A stretch of DNA of 28,608 nucleotides. Origin: Candidatus Rokuibacteriota bacterium. GTDB taxonomy: Bacteria; Methylomirabilota; Methylomirabilia; Rokubacteriales; CSP1-6. This document shows, piece after piece, positions 17,408-26,325 of the stretch (position 1 is the first letter of the stretch; each line of letters starts with the position of its first letter). The notes beneath the pieces were generated by a model. It had not been told where the DNA came from and did no database searches. It saw only the letters and a program-made list of their open reading frames with translations. The stretch spans positions 1-28,608 of the forward strand of contig JACPCX010000186.1 in assembly GCA_016184305.1 (NCBI GenBank), written 5' to 3'. Position numbers and translations under genes: made by a program.

Positions 17408-19703
17408 CGGTCGAGGAACTGCTCGAGAGCAACCGCCAGAGGAAGGCGAAGAAGTCGCCTCCCGGCAGGACGGGCGGGGCGTTGAGGATCTTCGGCGCTC
17501 CCGGGGACGGCGAGCCCGCGGTGACGAGATCGAGGAGCGGCTGGACCTGCGGTAGCGAGACGAGGAAGACATCGGAGCGCAGGATCGCGTCCAGCTCCTC
17601 GGCCCGGAGCGCGCCGAAGGCGAACCTCCGCGGCGGCACTCCCCACCCCTCCCGCGGCGGAGCCGCCCGGAGGCGGGCGTACTCCACCAGGAACAGGAAG
17701 CGGACATAGGCTGTGACCTCGTCGACGAGCAGCCGCCTGATCGCCTCGACCTTGGGCTCTGACTGGCCGAACCAGTGGTCGTAGTTCTCCGCCATCCCCT
17801 GGAGCCAGGCCAGGATGCTGGCACCGCTGGTCATCCACTCCATGTCCGGATCGGGCAGCGGTCCCAGCACGTAACGCACGCTGAACGGCCGGGTCGAGGC
17901 CGCGCCCCCGAGGGCCGCCGCGGCCGCGTGGTCGCCCGCTGCCACGAGGGCGCGCACCCGGGCGTGAAGCCGCTCGAAGGGGTCGATCCCGAGTCCATCC
18001 CTCATGACCTCCGCCCCCCGCACCGTGTAGAGGTAGGCTCCGTCGGCCGCCTGAGCGCCGCAGTCGAGGCGGAGGCGGGAGAGATCCCGCCGCCCGAGGG
18101 TCTGGGCCAGCACCGCGAGCGCCGCATGGTCGTGGAGCCGGGCAGGAGTGCCGAGGGTGTCTCGCCACGCCTGGGCATAGGGGGGTGGGTCCAGCCCGTT
18201 CACGCACACGAGGGCGTCGCCGGGCGCCCCCGAGCGGTCCAGGTCCGACCGGATGAGGTCGGCGGCGCGGATGTAGTCGAGGACCTGATACGTGTCGGCG
18301 AGGTTGTGCCGCCACGCCTCCACGCGGATCGCGGCGACGTTGGTCAGGACGACCGCAGCCCACAGGGCGGCGGCGGCCGCGCGGGGCCAGGCGCTCCGGG
18401 GGAGCAGCCCCTCGATCCGGGACAGGAGCGCGTCGGCGGAGGCCGCGAGCACGATGGCCAGCGCCGGGGTGAGGTAGATCCAGTAGCGCAGCGGCTTGAC
18501 CGCCATCGAGTACAGGGCGACGGCCGGGACCAGGAGCAGCGGCAGCAGCAGCACGATCTCTCGATTGCGCCGGGTCTCGCGTACGAAGACGCCGACCAGG
18601 ACCGCCGCCAGGCCGGCGCCGAGAGCGCTCGCCGACGGTGAGGTCACGTGCCACCGAGCCGTGTTGATGCCGGTGAGGGCGGGCCCGAGCGGGGCGAAGA
18701 ACGCCTCCACGCCCCACACCACCACCACCGCCGCCTGGAAGAGCCACGGAGCGGCCAGGATGGCGCCGAGCGTCCAGAGCGCGGCCCGCGCCGACCCGCG
18801 GGAGGCAAGGCCGGTGCCCTTCCGCGCGGCCTGCCCGAGCAGGAGGCGGAGAGTCCCCAGGAGGACCACCGGAAGCGCCACACCCAGAGCCCACGTGGCT
18901 GCGGCGCCGATCTGCCACGTGAGCTGGCGCAGCCACGCGCCGGGCGTGATCCCAAGAGGGAGCGCCTCGGCCCCCCAGGCGACGAGCGCGATTGGGTACA
19001 GGAGGCTCAGGAGGATCACGGGGCGCCACCGGTCGAAGCGCGCGAGGCGCTCCGCCGTGCTGGCCGGGGCGAGGAGGATGTGGACGAGCATGGCGGCTGG
19101 GCCGATGGCCGAGGACGCGCGGCCCAGCGACGAGGCCAGCGCCAGGGCGATGGTGGATGCGTGGTGGATCCGCCAGGGCCGACCGGCCTCGCGGCGCTGC
19201 TCGGTGAGGAGGTAGCCGTGAAGCGTGGCCAGGATGCCAAGCACCGTCAGCACGTGCTGGACGCCGACTGGCCAGAGGTAGGCGTGGGAGCCAGGGTAGG
19301 CGGTGAGGTGCAAGATGCCGGCGAGCCATGCGGCGCCAGGCGGCAGGCCGAGGCGTCTCGCGAGGCTCAGGACCAACAGCGAGGACGCCGCGTGCAGGGC
19401 GAGCCCGACAGAGACGAGGCCCGAATTGGACGGGCCGAGGAGCCAGCGGCTGCCCAGGACATAGAGCTTCCACAGGGCGGGCGGCAGCAACGGCTGGTCC
19501 GGGGCGAACAGGTACGCCACGGCGCCCCACGGGGAGCGGCCCTCCAGCCCGGCGAGGAGAGTGCGGACGAGAAGGGTCGTGTCGTCGCTCGGGTAGCTCC
19601 GTCCCGCCAGGGGCACGACCACGGCCAGGTAGACGCTCGCCAGGCCGAGCGCCATCGCGGGATAGACCCACCAGATACGCGAGCCGGAGAAGGGCTGGGT
19701 CAT
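17397..19703 (-). CDS. large multi-pass membrane protein, putative GT-C glycosyltransferase
   Basis: 768 aa; SYPSDDT acidic loop after TM1, many TM helices, RYWIYLTP motif and a soluble C-terminal domain; GC3-rich codons; lies between the GT2 and the frameshifted gene on the same strand. Confidence 0.65.
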   Translation of the reverse strand: MTQPFSGSRIWWVYPAMALGLASVYLAVVVPLAGRSYPSDDTTLLVRTLLAGLEGRSPWGAVAYLFAPDQPLLPPALWKLYVLGSRWLLGPSNSGLVSVGLALHAASSLLVLSLARRLGLPPGAAWLAGILHLTAYPGSHAYLWPVGVQHVLTVLGILATLHGYLLTEQRREAGRPWRIHHASTIALALASSLGRASSAIGPAAMLVHILLAPASTAERLARFDRWRPVILLSLLYPIALVAWGAEALPLGITPGAWLRQLTWQIGAAATWALGVALPVVLLGTLRLLLGQAARKGTGLASRGSARAALWTLGAILAAPWLFQAAVVVVWGVEAFFAPLGPALTGINTARWHVTSPSASALGAGLAAVLVGVFVRETRRNREIVLLLPLLLVPAVALYSMAVKPLRYWIYLTPALAIVLAASADALLSRIEGLLPRSAWPRAAAAALWAAVVLTNVAAIRVEAWRHNLADTYQVLDYIRAADLIRSDLDRSGAPGDALVCVNGLDPPPYAQAWRDTLGTPARLHDHAALAVLAQTLGRRDLSRLRLDCGAQAADGAYLYTVRGAEVMRDGLGIDPFERLHARVRALVAAGDHAAAAALGGAASTRPFSVRYVLGPLPDPDMEWMTSGASILAWLQGMAENYDHWFGQSEPKVEAIRRLLVDEVTAYVRFLFLVEYARLRAAPPREGWGVPPRRFAFGALRAEELDAILRSDVFLVSLPQVQPLLDLVTAGSPSPGAPKILNAPPVLPGGDFFAFLWRLLSSSSSTDAF

Positions 19704-19754
19704 GGCGCGGGCATGGCCGCCCCGCCTACGGTGGCGAGGCTGGCGCGGTTGCGG

Positions 19755-20465
19755 CTACGGCCTCCAGAAATACACCTCGCGCAGCGTCTGCAGCAGGTAG
19801 GCGGCGCCCCAGCGGAACATCTGGAGCTTGCGCTGCCCGCCGATGCGCGCGGGCTCGTCGGCGGGGATCTCGGACACCGTGAGCCGCTTCTTGGCGGCGC
19901 GGATGGAGAGGAGCGGCTCCACGCCGATCACGGTCCCCAGGAGCTTCTCCGGCGCATAGCCCTCGTCGCGGTCCAGCCCGAGGTCCCGGAAGAGCGTGGT
20001 CCGGTACGCGCGGAACATCACGAAGGCGTCGGTGTAGCGGCCGCCGTGGAGGAGGTTGATCAGCCGGGTGAACCCCCAGTTGCCGAGCGCCGTCAGGACG
20101 TCGTCGTCCTGGCTCCGCGCGGAGGCGAGGTAGCGCGAGGCGATGACCATGTCGGCGCCAGCGGCCATCGCGCGGACGAGATCGGGGATCGCCGAGGGCA
20201 GCGAGTTGCCGTCGGGGCTGAAGGTGACGACGATCTCACCGCGCACATGCGGGAAGGCCTCGACGTACGCGTTCCGGATGCCGGGCTTCTGCTGGACGAT
20301 CAGGTCGTAGCCGTGCTCCCTGGCGTACTCTTGCGTCCCGTCCGTGGAGCCGCCGTCCACGACCAGGATCTGGTCGCACCAGCCATGCTGGATCTGCGGC
20401 ATGATCTGGCGCATGCCCTCGATCTCGTTGTAGGTGGGGACGAGGAGCGTCACCGAGGGTCTCAT
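19755..20465 (-). CDS. GT2-family glycosyltransferase, DPM1-like (polyprenyl-phosphate sugar synthase)
   Basis: LLVPTYNE, VVDGGSTDGT, DMVIASRY, GNWGFT, YTDA...FRA, EIPADEPARIGG. Start ATG 20465. The DXD position reads FSPDGNS. Confidence 0.88.
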   Translation of the reverse strand: MRPSVTLLVPTYNEIEGMRQIMPQIQHGWCDQILVVDGGSTDGTQEYAREHGYDLIVQQKPGIRNAYVEAFPHVRGEIVVTFSPDGNSLPSAIPDLVRAMAAGADMVIASRYLASARSQDDDVLTALGNWGFTRLINLLHGGRYTDAFVMFRAYRTTLFRDLGLDRDEGYAPEKLLGTVIGVEPLLSIRAAKKRLTVSEIPADEPARIGGQRKLQMFRWGAAYLLQTLREVYFWRP

Positions 20466-20634
20466 CCCTGCAGGTTCCCCCGCAAATGGAGGCTCGGCGG
20501 GCGTCGCGGGCGCTCGCCGGTCATGGGCGCCGCTGTCAGAGATCCGCTCGAAAAGTCTGGCAAATTCCGCACCGCCCGTATCGTACAATACCGGGCAAAT
20601 GGCACCTACGAAAAGTCGCTGAGGCCGAAGGCTC

Positions 20635-21618
20635 TTGGACCTCCCCTTGCAACGTTCAGGCCTCGTGGACCCCGCGATGATGGCGCGGCTCTATCGCTCG
20701 GTCCGGCGCATTCGCCGGGTGGAGGAGGAGATCGCCCGCCTCTATCCCACCGATCGGATCAAGAGCCCGGTGCACCTGTCCATCGGCCAGGAGGCCGTGA
20801 GCGTCGGTCTCTGCGAGGCCCTCCGCCCCGACGACGTCGTCTTCGGCACCTACCGCGGCCACGCGCTCTACCTCGCCAAGGGCGGTGACCTCCGGCGGAT
20901 GATGGCGGAGCTGTACGGCAAGGCGACGGGTTGCGCCCGGGGCAAGGGCGGCTCCATGCACCTCATCGACGTGGCTCACGGTGTCATGGGCGCCTCCGCG
21001 GTGGTCGGGAGCACGATCCCCCAGGCGGTGGGCTACGCCTACGCGTGCAAGGTGAGGGGCCAGGAGGCCCTGGTGGCCAGCGTCTTCGGCGACGGGGCCG
21101 TGGAGGAGGGCGTCTTCCACGAGAGCATCCAGTTCGCGGTGCTCAAGGCCCTCCCCGTTCTGTTCGTCTGCGAGAACAACTTCTACGCGATCCACACCCC
21201 GCTGGCCGAGCGCCAGCCCTTCGACAATATCTGCGAGCGCGCGCGGAGCTACGGCCTGCCCGCCGCGCGCCTCGAGGCCGATGACGTCCTCCGCGTCCAC
21301 GAGCGCATGGCGGAGGCGGTGCACCACATCCGGCGCCAGAGGGCCGGGCCGCAATTCCTCGAGTGCCGGACCTATCGCTGGCGGGAGCACGTGGGGCCCG
21401 GCGAGGACTTCGACCTGGGCTATCGGTCGCGCGAGGAGGCCGCGGCCTGGATGGAGCGGGACTCCTGCGTCCGGCTGGGCGCGCTCCTCGACGAGCCCGC
21501 GCGCGCGCGCATCGATGCCGCGATCGAGGCCGAGATCGAGGACGCCGTACGCTTCGCCGAGGCGAGCCCCTTCCCGGGACCGGAGGAGCTGCACGCCGAC
21601 CTGTTCAGGGAGGCCTGA
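20635..21618 (+). CDS. TPP-dependent dehydrogenase E1 alpha-like subunit (sugar-pathway associated)
   Basis: HLSIGQEA, TYRGH, GKGGSMH, TPP motif GDGAVEEGVFHES...CENN, TYRWREHVG. Start TTG 20635 or ATG 20677. Confidence 0.92.
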   Translation: MDLPLQRSGLVDPAMMARLYRSVRRIRRVEEEIARLYPTDRIKSPVHLSIGQEAVSVGLCEALRPDDVVFGTYRGHALYLAKGGDLRRMMAELYGKATGCARGKGGSMHLIDVAHGVMGASAVVGSTIPQAVGYAYACKVRGQEALVASVFGDGAVEEGVFHESIQFAVLKALPVLFVCENNFYAIHTPLAERQPFDNICERARSYGLPAARLEADDVLRVHERMAEAVHHIRRQRAGPQFLECRTYRWREHVGPGEDFDLGYRSREEAAAWMERDSCVRLGALLDEPARARIDAAIEAEIEDAVRFAEASPFPGPEELHADLFREA

Positions 21619-21621
21619 GCC

Positions 21622-22686
21622 GTGGAGCGCAGGCTCACCTACGCCGAGGCGATCCGCGAGGCCACGCTCCAGGAGATGGACCGCGACCCGTCGGTCGTGG
21701 TCATGGGGCTCGGCGTCGAGGACCCGAAGCCCATCTACGGCACGACGCGGGGACTCGCCGAGCGCTTCGGCGCGGATCGCGTGTTCAACACCCCGCTCGC
21801 CGAGGAGGGGATGACGGGCGTGGCCATCGGGGCGGCGCTGGCGGGCTTGCGCCCCATCCACGTGCATATCCGGATGGACTTCGTGCTGCTCGCCATGAAT
21901 CAGCTCGTCAACATCGCCGCCAAGAGCCGCTACATGTCCGGCGGGGCCGTGTCGGTGCCCATCGTCGTGCGCTCGATCATCGGGAAGAGCTGGGGGCAGG
22001 GGGCGCAGCATTCCCAGGGGCTCCACGCGCTCTTCATGCACATCCCGGGCCTCAAGGTCGTGGCGCCCTCGACGCCCTACGATGCCAAGGGCACGCTGAT
22101 CCAGAGCATCCGCGACGACAACCCCGTCATGTTCGTGGAGCACCGGCTCCTCCATGGCGTGACGGGGCCCGTGCCCGAGATCCCGTACACGGTGCCATTC
22201 GGGCGGGCCCGGGTGCTGGCCGAGGGCGACGACGTGACCATCGTCGGGATCTCCCACATGGCCATCGAGGCGCTTCGCGCGCGCGCGCACCTGGAGCGCG
22301 CGGGCATCGGGGCCGAGGTGATCGATCCCGTGTCCCTGAGCCCGCTCGACATGGACAGCATCGAGGTCTCGCTGCGGAAGACCGGACGCCTCCTCGTGGT
22401 GGACTGCGGGTGGACCACCTGCGGCGCCTCGGCCGAGATCGCGGTCCAGAGCATGGAGCGGCTCCAGGGGGCGCGCGATCTCCGCATCCGCCGGCTCGGG
22501 TTCGCCCCCGTGGCCTGTCCGACGACCAGGCCGCTGGAGGATCTCTTCTACCCCGACGCGCGGCGCATCGCCTCGGCCGCCTATGCCCTCGTCCACGACA
22601 AGCCCGAGCTGTGGGAGCCGCCGGAGGCGTCGGACGAGGCTGGCGCTCCCGGGCCGGCGGACATCGAGTTCAAGGGGCCCTTCTGA
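21622..22686 (+). CDS. TPP-dependent dehydrogenase E1 beta-like subunit (transketolase C-terminal domains)
   Basis: LTYAEAIREA, RVFNTPLAEEGMTGVAIGAA, GQGAQHSQ, PGLKVVAPSTPYDAKG, DNPVMFVEHRLL, KTGRLLVVD. Confidence 0.92.
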   Translation: MERRLTYAEAIREATLQEMDRDPSVVVMGLGVEDPKPIYGTTRGLAERFGADRVFNTPLAEEGMTGVAIGAALAGLRPIHVHIRMDFVLLAMNQLVNIAAKSRYMSGGAVSVPIVVRSIIGKSWGQGAQHSQGLHALFMHIPGLKVVAPSTPYDAKGTLIQSIRDDNPVMFVEHRLLHGVTGPVPEIPYTVPFGRARVLAEGDDVTIVGISHMAIEALRARAHLERAGIGAEVIDPVSLSPLDMDSIEVSLRKTGRLLVVDCGWTTCGASAEIAVQSMERLQGARDLRIRRLGFAPVACPTTRPLEDLFYPDARRIASAAYALVHDKPELWEPPEASDEAGAPGPADIEFKGPF

Positions 22687-22687
22687 C

Positions 22688-23887
22688 ATGGCGCTGCGCT
22701 ACCGGCTGGCGGACGGCACCATCGACCGGCACGACGTCGAGCTGCTCATCGAGTGGCTCAAGACCGACCCGTGGCTCACGATGGGCCCGCTCACGGAGGA
22801 GTTCGAGGGGCGCTGGACGCGCTGGCTGGGCGTGCCGCACGCGGCCTTCGTCAACTCGGGCTCCTCGGCCAATCTCCTCATGTACTACGCCGCCCTCTGC
22901 TCGGGCCGGCTGCGGAATCTGCGCGTGGTCGTGCCGGCCGTCTCCTGGGCGACGACCGTGGCGCCGGCGCTCCAACTCGGCTTCGAGCCGATCATGTGCG
23001 AGGCGGACCGTGACACCTTCGGCCTCGATCCGGCGCACCTCGAGGCTCTCTGCAAGGCGCATGATCCCGCGGCGGTGATCCTCGTCCACGTCCTCGGCGT
23101 GCCCGTGGACCTGGAGCCGATCATGCGCCTCAAGGAGCGCTACGGGTTCCTCCTGATGGAGGACTGCTGCGCCGCCACGGGCTCCCGCTACGATGGGCGC
23201 CCGGTGGGCACGTTCGGCGAGATGAGCGCGTTCTCGTTCTACTTCGGCCACCACCTCTCCACCATCGAGGGCGGCATGGTCTGCACCGGGGACGAGGCGC
23301 TCCACGACATCCTCCTGCAGATCCGCAGCCACGGCTGGCCCAAGAACCTCTCGCCGGAGAAGGAGGCGCTGCAGGCGCGGAAGCACGGGGTCCTCGAGTT
23401 CAACCGCCGCTTCACCTTCTACTATCCCGGCTTCAACGTCCGCTCCACCGATCTCAACGCGCGCATCGGCCTCAGCCAGCTGGCCCGGGCGGACCGCGTC
23501 GTCGCCCGTCGCATCGACAATCACGCGGCCTACCTGTCGCGCTTCGCCGGGGCCCGCGGCTTCACGTGCCAGCGGAACCCGCGGGCGACCATCTGCAGCA
23601 TCTCGTTCGTGGCGCTGGCCGCCTCGCTCGAGCACCGGGACCGGATCGGACGGGCGCTGGAGGCCCACGGCATCGAGACGCGCCCGCTGGGCGGGGGGAA
23701 CATGTCGCGCCAGCCGTTCTGGGTGGAGCGCTACGGCGCGCAGCCCTTCCCGGTGGCCGACGAGATCCACGAGCGGAGCTTCATGCTACCGAACCATCCG
23801 GGGCTCACCGTGGACGACATCGACCGCATCGCCGACGTCGTCCTGGCCGTGCCGGGGTCAGGTCTTGCAATCCAACATTTGTCGTAA
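22688..23887 (+). CDS. DegT/DnrJ-fold PLP enzyme, ColD-type NDP-4-keto-6-deoxy-sugar 3-dehydratase
   Basis: FVNSGSSANL, VPAVSWATT, EDCC; SFYFGHHLSTIEGG has His where aminotransferases have the Schiff-base Lys; RSHGW and PGFNVR as in ColD. ATG 22688. Confidence 0.85.
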   Translation: MALRYRLADGTIDRHDVELLIEWLKTDPWLTMGPLTEEFEGRWTRWLGVPHAAFVNSGSSANLLMYYAALCSGRLRNLRVVVPAVSWATTVAPALQLGFEPIMCEADRDTFGLDPAHLEALCKAHDPAAVILVHVLGVPVDLEPIMRLKERYGFLLMEDCCAATGSRYDGRPVGTFGEMSAFSFYFGHHLSTIEGGMVCTGDEALHDILLQIRSHGWPKNLSPEKEALQARKHGVLEFNRRFTFYYPGFNVRSTDLNARIGLSQLARADRVVARRIDNHAAYLSRFAGARGFTCQRNPRATICSISFVALAASLEHRDRIGRALEAHGIETRPLGGGNMSRQPFWVERYGAQPFPVADEIHERSFMLPNHPGLTVDDIDRIADVVLAVPGSGLAIQHLS

Positions 23888-23907
23888 TGCAAGACCTGAC
23901 CCCGGCA
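23850..23907. repeat. REP/REPIN-like perfect inverted repeat, copy 1
   Basis: TGCCGGGGTCAGGTCTTGCA (23850-23869), 18-nt spacer, TGCAAGACCTGACCCCGGCA (23888-23907). Confidence 0.9.
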
Positions 23908-24839
23908 TGAGGATCCTGGTCACGGGCGGGGCAGGATATATCGGCGCGGTGCTGGTGCCGCTGCTTCTCCGCGAGGGCCATGAGGTCACCGTCATCGACA
24001 GCTTCATGTACGGACAGGCCTCGCTGCTCGATTGCTGCCACGAGCCGCGCCTCACCATCGTCCGTGGTGATGCCAGGGACCGGACGCTGGTGGCCGAGCA
24101 CCTGCGCGAGGCGGAGGCGATCCTGCCGCTGGCCTGTCTCACGGGCGCGCCGGCCTGCGACCGTGATCCGGTGGCCGCGCGCACGGTGAACCTAGAGGCC
24201 GTCCTGATGATCCTCGAGATGAAGCGCGCCGAGCAGCGGATGATCTTCCCCAACACGAACAGCGGCTACGGGGTCGGCGAGCGGGATGTCTTCTGCACCG
24301 AGGAGACTCCGCTCCAACCGGTGTCCCTCTACGGCCGGCTCAAGGTCGAGGCCGAGCGCGCGGTGCTGGCGGCGCCCAGCACCATCGCTCTCCGGCTGGC
24401 GACGGTGTTCGGCGTGAGCCCCCGCATGCGGCTGGACCTGCTGGTGAACGACTTCACGTACCGCGCCGTCACCGACGGGTTCGTGGTCCTCTTCGAGGGG
24501 AACTTCAAGCGCAACTACGTCCACGTCCGGGACGTGGCCCGCGCCGTCAGCCATTGCCTCGGCCACTGGGAACGCATGCGCGGGCAAGCCTACAACGTGG
24601 GGCTCAGCGAGGCGAACCTGTCCAAGCGCGAATTGTGCGAGGCCATCCGCAAGCAGGTGCCGCGCTTCTCCTGGCAGGAGGCCGCCGTGGGCCGGGACCC
24701 GGACCAGCGCAACTACATCGTGAGCAACGCGAAGATCGAGGCCACAGGCTTCCGGGCCGAGGTGTCCCTCGAGGCCGGCATCGCGGAGCTGATCAAGGGC
24801 TACCAGGTGGTCCGCCGCCAGGGCTACGCCAATGTCTGA
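23907..24839 (+). CDS. NAD-dependent epimerase/dehydratase/reductase (extended SDR)
   Basis: MRILVTGGAGYIG, catalytic YGRLK (YxxxK), LRLATVFGVSPRMRLDLLVNDF, RNYVHVRDVA, YNVG. Confidence 0.92.
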   Translation: MRILVTGGAGYIGAVLVPLLLREGHEVTVIDSFMYGQASLLDCCHEPRLTIVRGDARDRTLVAEHLREAEAILPLACLTGAPACDRDPVAARTVNLEAVLMILEMKRAEQRMIFPNTNSGYGVGERDVFCTEETPLQPVSLYGRLKVEAERAVLAAPSTIALRLATVFGVSPRMRLDLLVNDFTYRAVTDGFVVLFEGNFKRNYVHVRDVARAVSHCLGHWERMRGQAYNVGLSEANLSKRELCEAIRKQVPRFSWQEAAVGRDPDQRNYIVSNAKIEATGFRAEVSLEAGIAELIKGYQVVRRQGYANV

Positions 24840-26304
24840 TCGGGGCCGCCTCGACCTGGTGCTCGTCCAGCCCGGCAGCCGCATGGAGGTGTACCAGCGC
24901 CTCGGCTCGACGCTGACCGCCATCGAGCCGCCCGTGTGGGCGGGACTCATGGCGACCTTCGCGCGCGCCCGGGGCTACTTGGTGGAGATCGTGGACGCCG
25001 AGGCCGACGATCTCGCGCCCGCCGAGGCGGCCGGGCGGATCGCGGACCTCGGGCCGCGGCTGGCCGTCGTCGTGGTCTTCGGCCACCAGCCGTCGGCCTC
25101 TACTCAGACCATGCCGGCGGCCGGCGCCGTCTGCGCCGCGCTCCGGCAGCGCGCGCCCGGCATTCCGACCCTCCTCGTTGGCGGGCACGTCTCGGCGCTC
25201 CCCGAGCGCACGCTCAGGGACGAGGCATGCGACTTCGTGTGCCAGGGCGAGGGGCCGCACACGATCGTGGGCCTGCTCGAGGCGCTGAGCTCCGGCGGCG
25301 GCCACGACCGGGTCCCGGGGCTCTGGTGGCTGGACGGCGGCGAGATCCGCTCCACGCCCCCGGCCCCGCTCCTGGACAACCTGGACCGCGACCTGCCGCG
25401 GATGGCGTGGGACCTCCTGCCCGTGCCGAAGTATCGGGCCCATAACTGGCACTGCTTCGGCGCCCTCGACCGGCGCCAGCCCTACGCCTCGATCTACACG
25501 AGCCTCGGCTGCCCCTTCAAGTGCACGTTCTGCTGCATCAACTCGCCCTTTGGCAAGCCCGGCTACCGCTACCGCGGTGCCGGCAGCGTCATCGAGGAGA
25601 TCGACCTGCTGGTCTCGAAGTACGGCGTGCGGAACATCAAGATCCTGGACGAGATGTTCGTGCTCAACTACCAGCACGTGGAGAGCGTCTGCGACCGGAT
25701 CATCGAGCGCGGGCACGACCTGAACATCTGGGCCTATGCCCGCGTGGACACCGTGAAGGAGCGCATCCTCGACCGGCTCAAGCGCGCGGGGATCAACTGG
25801 CTGGCGCTGGGGATCGAGTCCGGCAGCCAGCATGTCCGCGACGGCGCGCTCAAGAAGTTCGGGCACGCCGACATCGCCGCCACGGTCCGCGCCATCCAGG
25901 CCGCCGGGATCAACGTCATCGGCAACTACATCTTCGGCCTCCCGGACGACGACCACGACACGATGCAGGCCACGCTGGACCTGGCCTGCGAGCTCAACTG
26001 CGAGTTCGCCAACTTCTACTCGGCCATGGCCTATCCAGGCTCGCGGCTCTACGACATGGCGCTCGAGGAAGGGTGGCCGCTGCCCGCGACCTGGAGCGGC
26101 TACTCGCAGCACTCGGTGGACACGCTGCCGCTGCCGACGAAGTTCGTCTCGGCGGCCGACGTCCTGCGCTTCCGCGACCGCGCTTTCGAGATCTACTTCA
26201 ACCGGCCGGAGTACCTGCGGATGGTGGAGCGGAAGTTCGGCCCCGGGACCGTCGCGCATGTGCGCGAGATGGCAAGCCACCGCCTCGATCGCACGCATGC
26301 GTAG
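24832..26304 (+). CDS. cobalamin-binding radical SAM protein (class B methyltransferase-like)
   Basis: N-terminal B12-binding domain (EPPVWAGLMA, GGHVSALPE, GEG); CPFKCTFC (CxxxCxxC); GIESGS; YIFGLP. Confidence 0.92.
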   Translation: MSDRGRLDLVLVQPGSRMEVYQRLGSTLTAIEPPVWAGLMATFARARGYLVEIVDAEADDLAPAEAAGRIADLGPRLAVVVVFGHQPSASTQTMPAAGAVCAALRQRAPGIPTLLVGGHVSALPERTLRDEACDFVCQGEGPHTIVGLLEALSSGGGHDRVPGLWWLDGGEIRSTPPAPLLDNLDRDLPRMAWDLLPVPKYRAHNWHCFGALDRRQPYASIYTSLGCPFKCTFCCINSPFGKPGYRYRGAGSVIEEIDLLVSKYGVRNIKILDEMFVLNYQHVESVCDRIIERGHDLNIWAYARVDTVKERILDRLKRAGINWLALGIESGSQHVRDGALKKFGHADIAATVRAIQAAGINVIGNYIFGLPDDDHDTMQATLDLACELNCEFANFYSAMAYPGSRLYDMALEEGWPLPATWSGYSQHSVDTLPLPTKFVSAADVLRFRDRAFEIYFNRPEYLRMVERKFGPGTVAHVREMASHRLDRTHA

Positions 26305-26325
26305 CGAGGTGAGGAGGGGGAAGCG

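Noticed and set aside
20600..20616. Second sigma54 promoter (TGGCAC at about 20600)
   Set aside because: No TTGC/GC at the -12 position with the required spacing.
20635..22686. Housekeeping pyruvate dehydrogenase pdhA/pdhB call
   Set aside because: No E2/E3 nearby and tight coupling to sugar-nucleotide genes; gene symbols withheld.
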